Shown: in pieces, positions 50,733 through 63,712 of the stretch | How the letters are laid out: every line of letters begins with the position of its first letter | How positions within the stretch are numbered: position 1 is the first letter of the stretch | From: Cenococcum geophilum | Taxonomy: Eukaryota | Reading direction: 5' to 3' | Assembly (NCBI GenBank): GCA_050273025.1 | Contig: CP158635.1 | Location: 12,524,001 to 12,588,000, forward strand | Length of the DNA stretch: 64,000 nucleotides | Made by a program: the position numbers and the translations under genes | Notes under the pieces: model-generated | Databases searched by the model: none | What the model saw: the letters and a program-made list of their open reading frames with translations, nothing else | What the model was told of the DNA's origin: nothing

Positions 50733-53700
50733 CTAGGTGTATAGGTGATACAAATTAAAGTTAATAACGTAATAATAACTAGTAGAGTGGTTGCCTAATA
50801 GATTAACTCTAATTATATTCTAAGAATTACTACAAGGAAGGAACTATCTAGGTAGGGATTAAGGGTCCTTAAATACATAACCGTACTCCTATAAAATCCT
50901 TCTTATATATAATATACGTGTTATATATATTGTACGTACATTCCCTTTATATACTGCGTATACTGTGTATAACGTTATATAACCTTAGTTACCATTCCTT
51001 ATTATATAGCTCTATCGGCTCTATCCTAAACTGTGCCTATATTAACTAACTAGCTTCTTCTAACTTTTCTCTAAGTAGTTATAATATCGTATTTAAAGCG
51101 TCCGTAACACCATCTCCCTCCTTTTTATCTTTGTCCTTAAAGATTCTAAATATCTCTAAGTTGTTTACTAGAGGTATAATACCGTTTAATTAATTTGGTT
51201 AATATTATTACTTATTATACCTAAGGCTCCTTCTTCTTCGTAGGCGCAACGTCGTGCTCGTACTGTTACTGCGATATTATCTCTTAGTAAGATTATACCG
51301 TCTTTGTATTTTTGTTGTTTAAAAGAGGGGTTAGTTTATATTATATTGGCGAACCCATCTTCGCAATAACCGTTCTTTTGCTTAAAGTATACTAAAGCAA
51401 ATATTTATTCGTCTTATAATATTTACTCTATCTCTAATACTAAATATATGCAACCTATTACTCTTAATAGTTGTCTAGTTCCCTAATTAATTTGTCTTAG
51501 GGTTTTATATTTAATCTACTACTGCACAGCTAGATAGTAAACTGTTTGTTACTCTTGCTAAGTTAAAACGTTCCCGTAATATAGAGTAAAAAGCCTTAAA
51601 GGCTTATATTACGGCGTCTACTTAGTTACTCCGTCTTAAGAAGGTTTATAAGAAGGTCTATTTTAAGGAGTAAAAACTTATAGAATAAGGTTTATAGGAA
51701 CTTAGCGATAAAAGAACGGATTCTTTTCTAATAGAGAAGGAAATAGATTTAAATAGTTTGGCAACTACTCTTCTTAGGTCCCCCTTAGGTAACTTATTCT
51801 TTAGTAATCCTTTTTTATTAATACTGCCTAACCTAATTTCTTTTAATACTCCTATACCTTTCTTATAGTATTTTTTAAATTCTTTAGTAGTTCCTAGGTA
51901 GTCTTAGTGTAGCCTATCTACTTAACCTTATACTATATTTTATTGTTAATGTCCTTATAACTAATAATCTTTAAAACTTACTATTTATCTTCTTCTTATC
52001 CTCTATACGTGTCTGCTTTATAAACAGTAGCTTAATATTCCTATATACTAGTTTTAGCATTATAATATACTATATAGGGTAGATCTTTATCTTAACTAGT
52101 AGGTTTAACTTAAATATAACTGGTAAAATCCTCTATATAATTTTAAAAGGTCCTAGCCTAACATAGTTTAACTTTTTACTTAGTTGTTAACTCTTAAAAT
52201 TTTTATATAGTAGCCATACTTTATCTCCCTCCTTAAGATCTAGTCCCTTAGATCTCTTAGTATTATAGTACCTTTTTATTCTCTTTTATACTTTCTTTAC
52301 TAATTCTATAAGGTTTATATAAAGATTTATTAACGTTTTTATCCTTTCTTTAGCTGTGCTACTTATTTTCTTTGCTTACTATAGTAATAATGATATTCTT
52401 AGCTTATATCCATAATTTGCCTTAAATAGTAATATACCTATTCCTTCTTAAGGTGTTATATTATATGTAAACTGTATAACTAGTAATAGTAATACCTAAT
52501 TATTCTATATATAATTAATATAATACCTTAGATACTGCTCTAGCGTCTAATTTAATCTTTCTATTTAACTATCTGTCTGCGGATAATATATAGTAAAAGT
52601 TACTACTTTAACCCCTTACTCCGCTAAGAATACCTCCTAGAATACTGCTATAAATCTTAGATCTTTATCTAATATAATTTTATTTAGTGCTCTGTATCTT
52701 ATAAATACTTCTTTAATATAAATTCTAGCGATATCTTCTACTAAGATTTCTTTTATATATGCTATAAAGTATCCCTACTTTATAAGCTTGTCTACTATTA
52801 CTAAGATTATATTATAATCTTATCTAGTAATAGGGTCTCTTAACTTTAGTAACTTAATAATAAAGTCCTATAATATAACCTCCTATAGTCTTTCCAGTAT
52901 TTTAATAGGTTATAGCCCTCTATATAGCTTATGCCTTATTAGTTTATTCCTTTAGCAATCTAGATATTCTTTTATAACTCTTTACACTAAGCCCTAGATT
53001 CTATTAATAATATACTCCTCTTAGAGTCTTAACACTAAGCCCATGGCTCTATTATGTCCTTAAGTTATTCCCTTATAGAAATCTTTCATAAAATACTCTA
53101 CTATGCTCTTTAGGATGTACTTTGCTTCTTAGTATTTATATAATATTTCTTCTTCTAGATGTTCTAACTATTCTTCTAGCTATACCTTAAAGATCCTTTA
53201 TACCTAAAAGCTTTCTAGTATCTTATAGACTTTTTTTAGTTTGTTATCCTCTTAAGTTACTATAATTTTTAGATAATTATACCTAATTAATCCGTCTATG
53301 TCTTTTTGCAGTAAAGCCCCTAATGGCTTTTCGTTATTTTATAGTTTAGCTTTTTAACTTAGAGTATCTACTCACATATTATCCGTGCCTTTAGTATACT
53401 AAATCTTAAAATAGTACTCTATAAGTATCTCTACCCATCTAACCTATTTTTAGTTAAGTTCCTTTATTATTAGGAATCCTGTTAAGTTCTTATAATCCGT
53501 CTTAACTATAAATAGTTTCTCTATACCTTATAAGAATGCCCTTTATTCCTTTAGTACTATAATTATACCTAACAACTCCTTATTATAGATATTATAGTTT
53601 AACTCTAGTAGTATTATCTTCTAACTATAATATACCACTAGGTGCTATCTATCTTAATATTTCTATATAAAGTATACCCCTAATATAAAGTCTAATATAT

Positions 53701-53800
53701 CCGTTTCTATAACCGTCTCTAGTTTTAGTTAATAGATCTTAAGAACTAGCTCCTAGGTAAATAACTCTTTAATTTTCTTAAATAATTCTTACTATTCCTT

Positions 53801-53927
53801 TGTCAGGTGACGAAGTCACCTCGCCTATATATATTGTTCCGCATAGCCGTGTCTGGCATCAAGCCAGTCACTCGTTTACCTTTTGCGGGTTTGTGTGGCT
53901 GAGTGGTGCGGAGCTTATCACCTCACA
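53801..53927. mobile_element. 127-bp solo LTR-like insertion in the pol of A2, not RIP-mutated
   Basis: tgtcaggtga...tcacctcaca termini; TSD TCCTT/TCCTT; CpA/TpG retained. Confidence 0.85.
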
Positions 53928-56900
53928 TCCTTTCCCTATATCTATAGTTCTTCTTTTTTTATTAACCGCGTAAATAGTTTAATATCTTTTAACTACTGCG
54001 CTATAAACCTTCTATAGTAATTGCAAAACTCTAAAAACAATCTTAACTATATAACGTTCTCTAGTTCTTACTAATTTACTATAGCCTTAATCTTCTTTAG
54101 ATTTATATTAAGTTGGCCTAGTTTAATAATAAATCTAACAAAATCGGTCTTCCTTATAAAGAACTCGCATTTCTTAATTACTACTAGCATCTGTTTTTCT
54201 TATAGTCTCTTTAAAACCTATTTAACGTATTCCCCGTACTCTTCCTTAATTATTAAGTAGATAATAATAATATTAAGGTATACTATAATAAATTCATCCA
54301 AGTGTTCTTCTAATATATTATTAATACGCTTCTAGAACGCTGCTAGTATATTTATAAGCCTAAATTGCATAACTAATAGTTTATATAGTTCTTCCTTTAA
54401 TCTAAAGGCTGCCTTTTATTTATTGCCTTCCTTAATCCTAATCTAATAATACGCCTATCTTAGATCTATCTTTATAAAGATTTATACATTACCTATCCTA
54501 TCTTAAATTTCGCTAATTAAGGGTAAAGAATACCTATCCTTCTGGGTAATGCTATTTAATTACTTATAGTTAATACATAACCTAAGCTTTCTATTCTTCT
54601 TTAGTACAAATAGTACTAAATAACCCGTTAATAACTATAATGGTCTAATATATCTCTTTTATAAGTTTTCTTAGATAAACTCTTTAAGTGCTTTAGACTC
54701 TTTTTCTATAAGCTTATAGATTAGGAAAAACCTTAGACTTGTTTCTAGTTCTAACTTTATCTTATAATCCTATACTATATAATCTACTAGCTTTTTACTT
54801 TTTAGGCTTTATAGCTTCTTGCTATACTTATAGTATCTTTTTAGTATATAACTTAAGCCTCGCTTAGTCTCTTTATATATCGCTCTAGCTTGGTACTGTG
54901 TTAACTTAGTTTACTATCGTATCTTATAGTATTAAGTATCTCTAATATTAACCTAACCTATAATCTAATCGATCTTTAGATTATATTCCTATAACTAAGG
55001 TATACTTAATACTGCCTTATCCCGTCCTAACGGTAGGATATTAAAAGATATCTTAATTTGCTTTCCTTTAATGGTTATCTAAATAGGTCCTATTTTAAGA
55101 TTAATAATCCCTCCTCCGTAGGCTATTAGATCTCCTAAAATTATAACTAATAGGTAAGGTTGCTTCTTTTATCTATGGGGTAATCCTATTCTTTTAACTA
55201 CTACTAATAAAATATAGTTTTGCGTTACTCTACTATCTATTAGCGCTTTAAACTGCTAATCTTACCATTTTACTTATAAATTTAGGTATTATCCTTAAAT
55301 TCCTTTAAGGGTCTAAGGCTCTATTACTAGCTCCCTCTAGTTTTATAGGCCTCTACTTTTCCTAACTATTAGCTGCTTAATCCTGTTATACTTAGCTTAC
55401 TCTTCGGCTAATACCTAGTTCGCTTTTTATCTTTAATATGTCATAAATACGTATTCTTTAGGTATTTCTACTACTATTATCCGTCTAAGCATTTTTCCGT
55501 AAGAAATCTTCCTAGTTAAAGTATTAAGTCTCCTAACTCTTAAACTTTTATTAGATACTAGCTATATATATACTTAGCATTTCTGTACTATTGCTTATCT
55601 AGCGCCTAATATATCCTTATAGAGTATTTCCGATTCTTTTCCTTTAGATTCTTATATATTTTATATATATTGTCTATATATGCAATCTATAATAGCGTAT
55701 AGTATGCTAGGTGTTTTAGGTTAACTCTTAACTTATCTTTATCTTTAAGTTTAAACCTCTACTATACTAATCTAAACATTATAACTTTGTTTGTAGGTAC
55801 TAAGATGCGTTTTTTACTTCTCTAGTCCTCTAACTATTCCTTTAAATCCTTTAATATTATAATTAAGACTCCTTTAATATAAGTTATAGCCTTCTCTATA
55901 ATCGGGTGGTCTTAGATAACTCGTTTATCCAACTATATATAAAAATCTTCCCACTTATTATTATGTCGCTGTTTATACTACTTCTAGTATAGCTGTTAGA
56001 GTATATATGGCTTATCTGTAAGGAAGTATCTTCTTATTACTATATTGTAATAGCCCTTTATATATCATTCTTTAAACCTAATAGAGATCCCTAAATCCTC
56101 TTCGTTTTCTAGTTTAGTAAGCTATTTAGCTCTTAGTATACCTACCCTAAGCCTATTAGTAATTCTTTATACTAGTACTCTATCCCTTATACGTCCCAAT
56201 ATGCTAGATCTCTTATCTAGTTTCTGTTTTTACTATACAATAATTCTTTACCTAAATTCTTCTATAGTTTCTTTTGGTTTACGTCTTATAGATAGATCCT
56301 TAAAGTCTTCTTACTTCTTAATCTTAGTGTCGTATTCTTTAATAGTCTTTATTTGTATCTAAAAATCTTAGTTCTATAGAATTCTTAATCCTAAGCTTGC
56401 TTCTGTTTTAAGTTTTACTCTAGCCTTAGTCTAACTAGGCTTACTTAGTGTTCTTATCTTATCTTAAGAGTCTTAAATCTTACTTATCTCGTCTTAAGAA
56501 TCTTATACTTTTAGGAAACTTTATCCTAAGCTTATTCGTATATTACTAAACTAAGCCGTTACTCTGCTCTATTAGTTATTGTTTATTATAGGTCCTTAAG
56601 CTTACCTTATCTTATCTTAAGAATCTTAATTATCTCTTATCTTGTCTTAAGAATCTTAAGCTTTTAGCCTTTTGCCTTTATTAAGTGCTAAAGTAGCTCG
56701 CTGTCCTACTTCTTTTACGTCTTATAAAGCAATAGACATTATATCTAGTGAGGTCTTAATCCCTACTAATGTTCCCTATTCTATAGTGGAATTATCCTTT
56801 ACCTCTTATATAATATCTTTAAGGTTTACGTATTCCTAGTAAACCGCCTTTATCGCCTTATCGTTATAAAATGTTTTACCTATATTAAATTTATTATCCT

Positions 56901-57091
56901 TAATATCCAATCTGCGAACTAGTTTATTGGTTCCTTTATATTCCGTTAAATATAGCTCTTATAGCTAATAGCTTGCGCCGTATTTAGTGTCCTTATAAAT
57001 TTGGTATACGTTATTATAATAAAACGCAAAACTTTTAATTAAACATTCTTTTGTTCCTCGTAGTATATTATTATCCCTCTATATATATATA

Positions 57092-60000
57092 TTGGCCCGC
57101 AAAGCCCTACTGCACGCGTCCACGTCGCCGCGGGTGGAAACATCATCGGGAAATCATTCCTTATGATGGCTAAGTGCAGAGGCGATAGAGGAGAGCCGTC
57201 GCAGCGCGCGCAGCGCGCTGGTGTTGCGACTCTATGGTGTTAAGCCTGCGACGCGTATATCGCCCTTAATAACACCAGGAGTCCTACTGCCCCCACTTAG
57301 GGCTCCTACTATACCATCCAGGGGGGCCATTAAGGGAAACTGGGATACGAAAACCGCCCGACGTATAACTACCTGGCTCGCAGCTAGGCCCGAAACTAGC
57401 CTTATTTAGCCAGTTAATATAAACGCGCCCTAGGCGTACGACAGGACACCCTTAGGCTTGCACTAGCTCTAAGACTAAGAGGATATAGCGAGGGTGTAGG
57501 GAACCTCTTTTTATAAGAACTTGTTAAGGTTAATGCGTTATAGATACTTTATACGAAACTTATTAAGGCCCTAAGGCTACCACGAAGAACTTATTAAGGC
57601 CCTACCTAAAGAACTTATTAAGGCCCCTTTATAAGGGCCTATCTGGTATTTAGTACACCTAGGTAACTTAGAAGAGGGTCTTAATAGGCGTAGTACGCGC
57701 GACCTGGACGACGGTAATACGCCGGCAATATAACGGCAACGTAACGGCAACTGAATAGCGACTAGACGGCTTAATAAGGTGGAAATACGGGTAAAGCTCT
57801 AGGCAGTGGAAATATAGGCTAGCTTTAACGGCCCTATAGCGTTCGACTTACAGTTAACTTACAGTTAACTTATGGTTAACTTATAGGCGACTTATAGGAG
57901 GGTCTTAATAGGCGTAGTGTATGTAACCTAATATATATATGCATAAGGCGACTTACAGGAGGGTCTTAATAGGCGTAGTGTATATAACCTGATGTATATA
58001 TATGGGGGAGGCTATAGGGGAAACATAGGCTAGTTGGACGAGGACTTAATAGTTAGAGATATAGGCCAGCTTATAAAAAGGGGGGACACAAGCTTAGTTA
58101 GTAGGAGGGGGGAGAGTAGGTCGCCTGGTGCGGGACCTGGTTTCTACGGCCCCCCTCTTATAAGACACGGTTGGCCTATTATAAGGAGACTTTTATAGGC
58201 AACGTAAAACGGGAACTAGTAGTATATAGGGTGTTGCGCCCCTATATTACTACTGGCTTCCTATAGGGTATAGTATGTAGTAGCTACTACTGGCTCTAAG
58301 GACCTTATTCCTTAACTAGGCTCTAACCTTTAGTGCACCTAGTAGGTAGATAGGATTATACCCTAGCTAAAGAGACTACTACGTAGCTTAAGAGAACGGA
58401 TATGTGTGTTGGTATATTAATAGACGGAACCGTTCACCTTTAGGGCGGCTCGCCAGTAAGATATGCTTAAGAAGTAAATAGGAGTTACTTAGGCGGGAGA
58501 GGCAGTGGCTCGGCCTTGTCCGTAGAAGGTATACCCAACTATATTATAGGATGCAGCTATAACACCTCTATAGGATTATGTTAGTAGGCGTAAAGATGGG
58601 AGTTACAACCCCTAGAAACGGCAGCTTATGCCCACGCCAGTGGAAATAATAAAGAAGGCGTAAAACTAGAGGCTATAGAAGGCTCCCAAGCTATGCAAAA
58701 GTATACTAACTTTAGGAGGAAACTCTTATACAGACTACTAGGGGGTAGACTAGTACTTGGGTAATACCGTTATAAGATATCTAAAAGAACTGGTGAAATT
58801 CCCCGCAATTGGTGGTGGCAGCCAACTGCTTATAGTTTGGGACTAAAGCACTAGAAAACTGGGGTAGAGGCCTAGATAAGTAGGTATGTTAAACTCTACT
58901 ATATTACTAGCTAATATATAACTACCTGCCTTTTCTTTATAAGCAACTTGCTTAACTCCTTTAAGGAAGGGGCGACCTAGGGGATAGGCTTTGTTAACGA
59001 CACAAACTTAATTATATATGGGCTAACAGCCGCAGAAAATTGCAGAACACTAGAGAAAGCCTATAACACTTATATAGAATAGGCAAAACATTATAGAGTC
59101 TAATTCTCACTAGAGAAATACCAGCTAATCTATTTTATAAGAAAACGCAACCAATCTACAGATCTCTAGCATATAATTTATATTTAAGACTTTAGGGGTT
59201 AACCAGTTTAGAGCCTAAGGGTATTAGGAGTATAGGTAGATAGTAAGCTCTAGTGGAGCGTATATGCGGCGTAAGCGGCCCATAAAGGCTAAGTATAGTT
59301 TATCGCTTTATCTAGGATTGTTAATTCTATATAGGGTCTATGCTTTTAGAGGTCACGCCTACTATATATAGCAGTTGTCTGGCTAACTATGATATATAAA
59401 TCTAGTATTTAGGCTATTAGAGAAACTAAGAAGGGCCCCCCTAAATTACTCCTTAAACTACTTTAAAAGGTCTAGACAGCCTGCCTTTAAAGTATTATAG
59501 GTGGGTATAAGCGAACGGCCACAGTACTGCTTAAGAAGGAATTCAATATTCCCCCCCTATAGTTATATATTAAAGCCGCTATAATATAAAGGACGCAAAA
59601 TAAACGTAACTCTAATGTTATAAAGTATATTAAGACACGCCTAAGTAAACTATAGAGGGACCCTAGGGTGCCCTATAGGAGAATAAACTAATAACCCTAA
59701 AGTAGGGAAGAGATATTAGAGAAACAGGTAAAGAAAGCAGAAGAAGGATAGTGCCGCTTTAGGGCCTAGGCCTATATAGAGGAGAAAGGGAGACGTATAA
59801 GAGGTTAGTAAAGATAATAGTAAGATAGAGAAAGGAGCTAAAGTAGAATATATAAGAACGCCGGGAAACCATCTACCGTAATATAATACTGGTTAGACTA
59901 ACGCTAGAGAGGCGAATAGGAGTTAAAGGTATAGAGGCTGACTTAGGCAAGACAAACCTAAGCTATAGTATGGTTAACGCTATAGGGGGTAAATACCTAA

Positions 60001-60631
60001 GGGCTCTAAGAAGGCCTAATAAAGGTAAAAAATATAATAGTAATACTCTTAAGAACAGGAATAATAGGACTAAAAGATTGGCTTTACTAGGTGGGAGTCC
60101 TAGTAGGTAGCTTAAGATGTAAATATAGCTAGCTAAAACAGATACTAAAACACGTAATACTGCTATGCCCCCTATACACCAATTAAGAAATAATACTCTT
60201 AGCAGCTGGCATAGAGAACTATAATACACTACTCTTAATATAAAAAGGCCTTAAGGCGGTCACCTAGTGGCTTATTAGTTAAAATGTGCTAAATTAGTTC
60301 CGGGTTATAAGGGAAATGGTAATAAAAGGTAAGGGGGTAAGTAGTAGGTGCCCCCTAGTAACTCTATAGTAGTAGAGTAATAGTTTATAATACTAGCGCA
60401 TCCATAGGCTTATTACGGCAGCAGTGGTTCCTAAGGAGGTTAAATAGTAAGGTAGTAGAGCACCATAGGCAACTTATAGGCGTTAAGTAGGCGAGTCCCA
60501 AAAGGCGGGGAGATAGATTATGGGGTTTTCTCATTTTTCTTAAATAGAGTTTTCTCCCCATATGTAAATAAGGAGTAGTCCGCGTGGGCCCAATAGGGAT
60601 CCAAATTAGACGTTAAGTAATAAATTATTAT
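57092..60631 (+). mobile_element. Internally deleted LINE (Tad-like RT remnant, C-terminal CCHC, (TTA)n tail) inserted downstream of the gag zinc knuckle of A2
   Basis: Flanked by (TA)n on both sides at a site that is uninterrupted in A1 (~1155). RT GFVNDTNL at ~58987-59010; C..G...Q..KHVILLCP at ~60117-60172; tail taaattattatta. Confidence 0.85.
57095..57179 (+). ncRNA. HDV-like self-cleaving ribozyme at the LINE 5' end
   Basis: P1 GCCCGCA/CGCGGGT; P2 CTGCAC/GTGCAG; P3 GCG/CGC; L3 TCCACGT; J1/4 GG; P4 CATCAT.GGGAA/TTCCT.ATGATG; J4/2 GCTAA with the catalytic C at 57170. Confidence 0.85.
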
Positions 60632-62047
60632 TATATATATATGTTGTCTACTAGTCTTATTTCTTTTACTATATAGTAACTCTAACTACTTTTATAGTCT
60701 TTAACGTAATAACCTTATTTTCCATAATTTATATAAGCTTCCTCTTTAAACTATTTTTCTTATTATAAAATCCGCCTAAACGTCCTCTACTGCTAAGATT
60801 CCTAGTTTAGCCTCTGCTCCTTAAACCTTTAATTACTTAATTCTTATCCTCTAAGTTTCTATAGTTTCTTATTCTATCTTATAGATTCTTTAGTACTACT
60901 TAGGTCTATTAGCTTTACGCTATACTATAGTTTTTAACTTAGCTTTAGTTATTGCGTGCTTTACGCCTTATACAACTATAGAACTCTATCTTAACCTCTC
61001 TTAGCCTGTTCCCTTTAGTAAATCTAATTATTAATCTTAATTACTTAATCTATTAGCTCCTATAGGGTATCCGCATCTTCTATTAGAATAATCGCGTCCT
61101 AGACTTTAGCCTTAAGTCCTTACTTATACTGTGCTATAAGCGCCTTATTATTCCACTTAACTTATATAGCTAACGTCTAGAACTGCGTTATATACTTAAT
61201 TGCTAAGGTTTATTACGTAATATCTTAGAGTTTTTTTTCCGCTGTAGTTACTGCCTCTAGATCTCCAAATATTTATATAAGTCGCTCCGTAAACCCTTCC
61301 TAGCTTAAGAATATAAACCATACTTCTTAATTAGTAGTTGTTATACTGTTTGCCTATATTTTTATAAGGTAAGGCTTAAACTACTTAAGTACCCTTTTTA
61401 ATAGGAATAGTCCCGCATATACTATTCGATCCATAAGTATTAGTAGCTTTACCCCTTCTTATATAACTTTAAAGTGCATTTATATAAGAAATCCTTTAAG
61501 CTTTAATCTCTCTCCTAAGTATCTCTTAATTAATAGTAGCTTAATCTTTACTGCTCCTATCCTATTAACCCTTTCTTCCAGCGCCGTATTGTTTGTTGTT
61601 AACTAGTTAACTATCTCTTATAGTTGTCCGACCGTTATAGGTTGCTATAAGTTAGTGTCTATTATACTAGTGTCCCCTCCTAACCTTAAAGTAGTTGCCG
61701 CCGTTAATAGCGTTATAGTAGCTGCTTTTAGTAGCATGTTATTTAACTTTCTATATTTAATACCGTAACTAGGTAGTGATTATATAACGGAACCTTGTAG
61801 CAAGTACTACAATAGGCTCGTTAATAGGCTAGGTGTATAGGTAATGTAAATTAAAGTTAATAACGTAATAATAACTAGTAGAGTAGTTGCCTAACAGATT
61901 AACTCTAATTATATTCTAAGAATTACTATAAGGAAGGAACTATCTAGGTAGGGACTAAGGGTCCTTAAATACACAACCGTACTCCTATAAAATCCTTCTT
62001 ATACGTAATGTACGTGTTGTACGTATTATACGTACGTTCCCTTTATA

Positions 62048-62432
62048 CAGTTAGACGACAAAAGTCTGTATGCACACCCTAAAACCCCGCCAAAACTAGC
62101 CAAAAGTTACCCTTTTTACCTTTAATTTTCTTTACTACTATACTATAATAAAATATATAAAATTTAATTTATATATAAAATAAAAATTTATAAAAGCTAG
62201 AAGTTAAACTTTTAATAATTTTACTCTTTTGCCAAGAAATTTCTTAGCAAGACTAAAAAAATTAAAGTCTTTTAACTTCTAGCTTCTATAACTTTTTAAT
62301 TTCTTAAAAAAAAAAAAAATTTATTTTTAATTATTATAGTGTAGTAGGAAAAAAAATTAAAAGGTAAAAAGGGTAACTTTTAGCTAATTTCGGTGGGGTT
62401 TTAGGTGTGCACACAGACTTTTGGCTTAGATG
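62048..62432. mobile_element. Foldback-like Tc1/mariner MITE inserted in the 5' LTR of A2
   Basis: Long imperfect TIRs (caaaagtctgtRtgcacacc...aaaaccccRcc...), TA duplication, and absent from the sister LTR at ~50950. Confidence 0.88.
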
Positions 62433-63464
62433 TATACTACATACACTGCGTATAACGTTATATAACCTTAGTTACTATTCCTCATTATATAGCTCTATCG
62501 GCTCCATTCTAGACCGTGCCTATATTAACTAACTAGCTTCTTCTAACTCTTCTCCAAGTAGTCGTAATATTATACTTAAAGCGTCTGTAATAATAAAGAC
62601 CCCTTTAAGGTATAAAACGCCTATTTTAATTATAAAAGCCTAAATATAAAAATAACAGAGATCTTTTTGGCCTTTTAGACCTACTTTTTATATCTAGCTA
62701 GCTAAGTCTAAATTCCCTATAAAGACCTAATACTAAACCTCTTTAATAAGCTTACCCTAAACCTATAGCGCGCTATACTACTAGTTTTTACTACTATATA
62801 GACGCTAAAGGTACTTACGGACTACTACCTAGCTATTAATTAAGGCCTTTATTAAATTAAGGTATAAGCTAAGCGGTATAAATCTAGAAACTCTTTAAGT
62901 TAAATTATAAGCACTTTAAAAACAGCCTATAGTGCCCTAGTATAATCTATAACTTTTATAGTACTAGGTATATAGCTTATTATTAATCTAGTAGCTAGCT
63001 ATATAGCTAGTCCTACTATAGGCCTAGTGTATACTTAGCCTATATATAGCGACCCCTATAAATAGACTCTTAGTAATTAAGGAGCTTGCTTTTTATATAG
63101 CTAAAAGGACTATTTTACTAAAGACTACTAGATAAAGGTAAAATTAGATAAGATTCTATTAATTTAAGAGGACGGCATAGAGTTAGAAAAAGAAAAACTT
63201 TAGAGAAAGACTCCTGTTTAGGATTAAAAGGGATTAATATATTATATATTAATCTAGGCTAGCTAATTAGTAAAAAAAGCTATACTATCCTTTATACTTT
63301 ATTCTATAATAAATACTAAGTTTTAACTTCTACTTTAGCTAACCCTTATTACGGACCTTATATTAGCAGTAGTATAACTACTAAGAAGATATAGTACAGA
63401 AGGCGCTAGAACTAATTAAGTTATAAAATAAGGGGTAGCTAAGTTATATAGCTAGTTATATTAT

Positions 63465-63712
63465 AAGTTTAGAATATAAAAATATAGAAATATGGGAATA
63501 TAAAAATATAGGAATATGGGAATATAGAAATATAGGAATATGGAAATATAGAAATATAGAAATATAGGAATATAAAAATATAGGAATATGGGAATATAAA
63601 AATATAGGAATATGGAAATATAGAAATATAGGAATATAGGAATATAAAAATATAGGAATATGGGAATATAGAAATATAGGAATATGGGAATATAGAAATA
63701 TAGGATATACTA
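63465..63712 (+). repeat. 8-bp-period minisatellite (gRaatatR)n
   Basis: Directly visible repeats of ggaatata/gaaatata/ggaatatg. Confidence 0.92.

Larger units (their letters stand above)
46758..62592 (-). mobile_element. Full-length Gypsy family A copy 2 (3' LTR 46758-51109 split by B2; 5' LTR 61783-62592 split by a MITE), RIP-degraded
   Basis: TSD ATAAG/ATAAA. PPT ccatctccctcctttt at 51110-51125. RT at ~54000-54750 (YLNNII for YLDDII) and integrase at ~52100-53050. The gag is colinear with copy 1. Confidence 0.9.
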
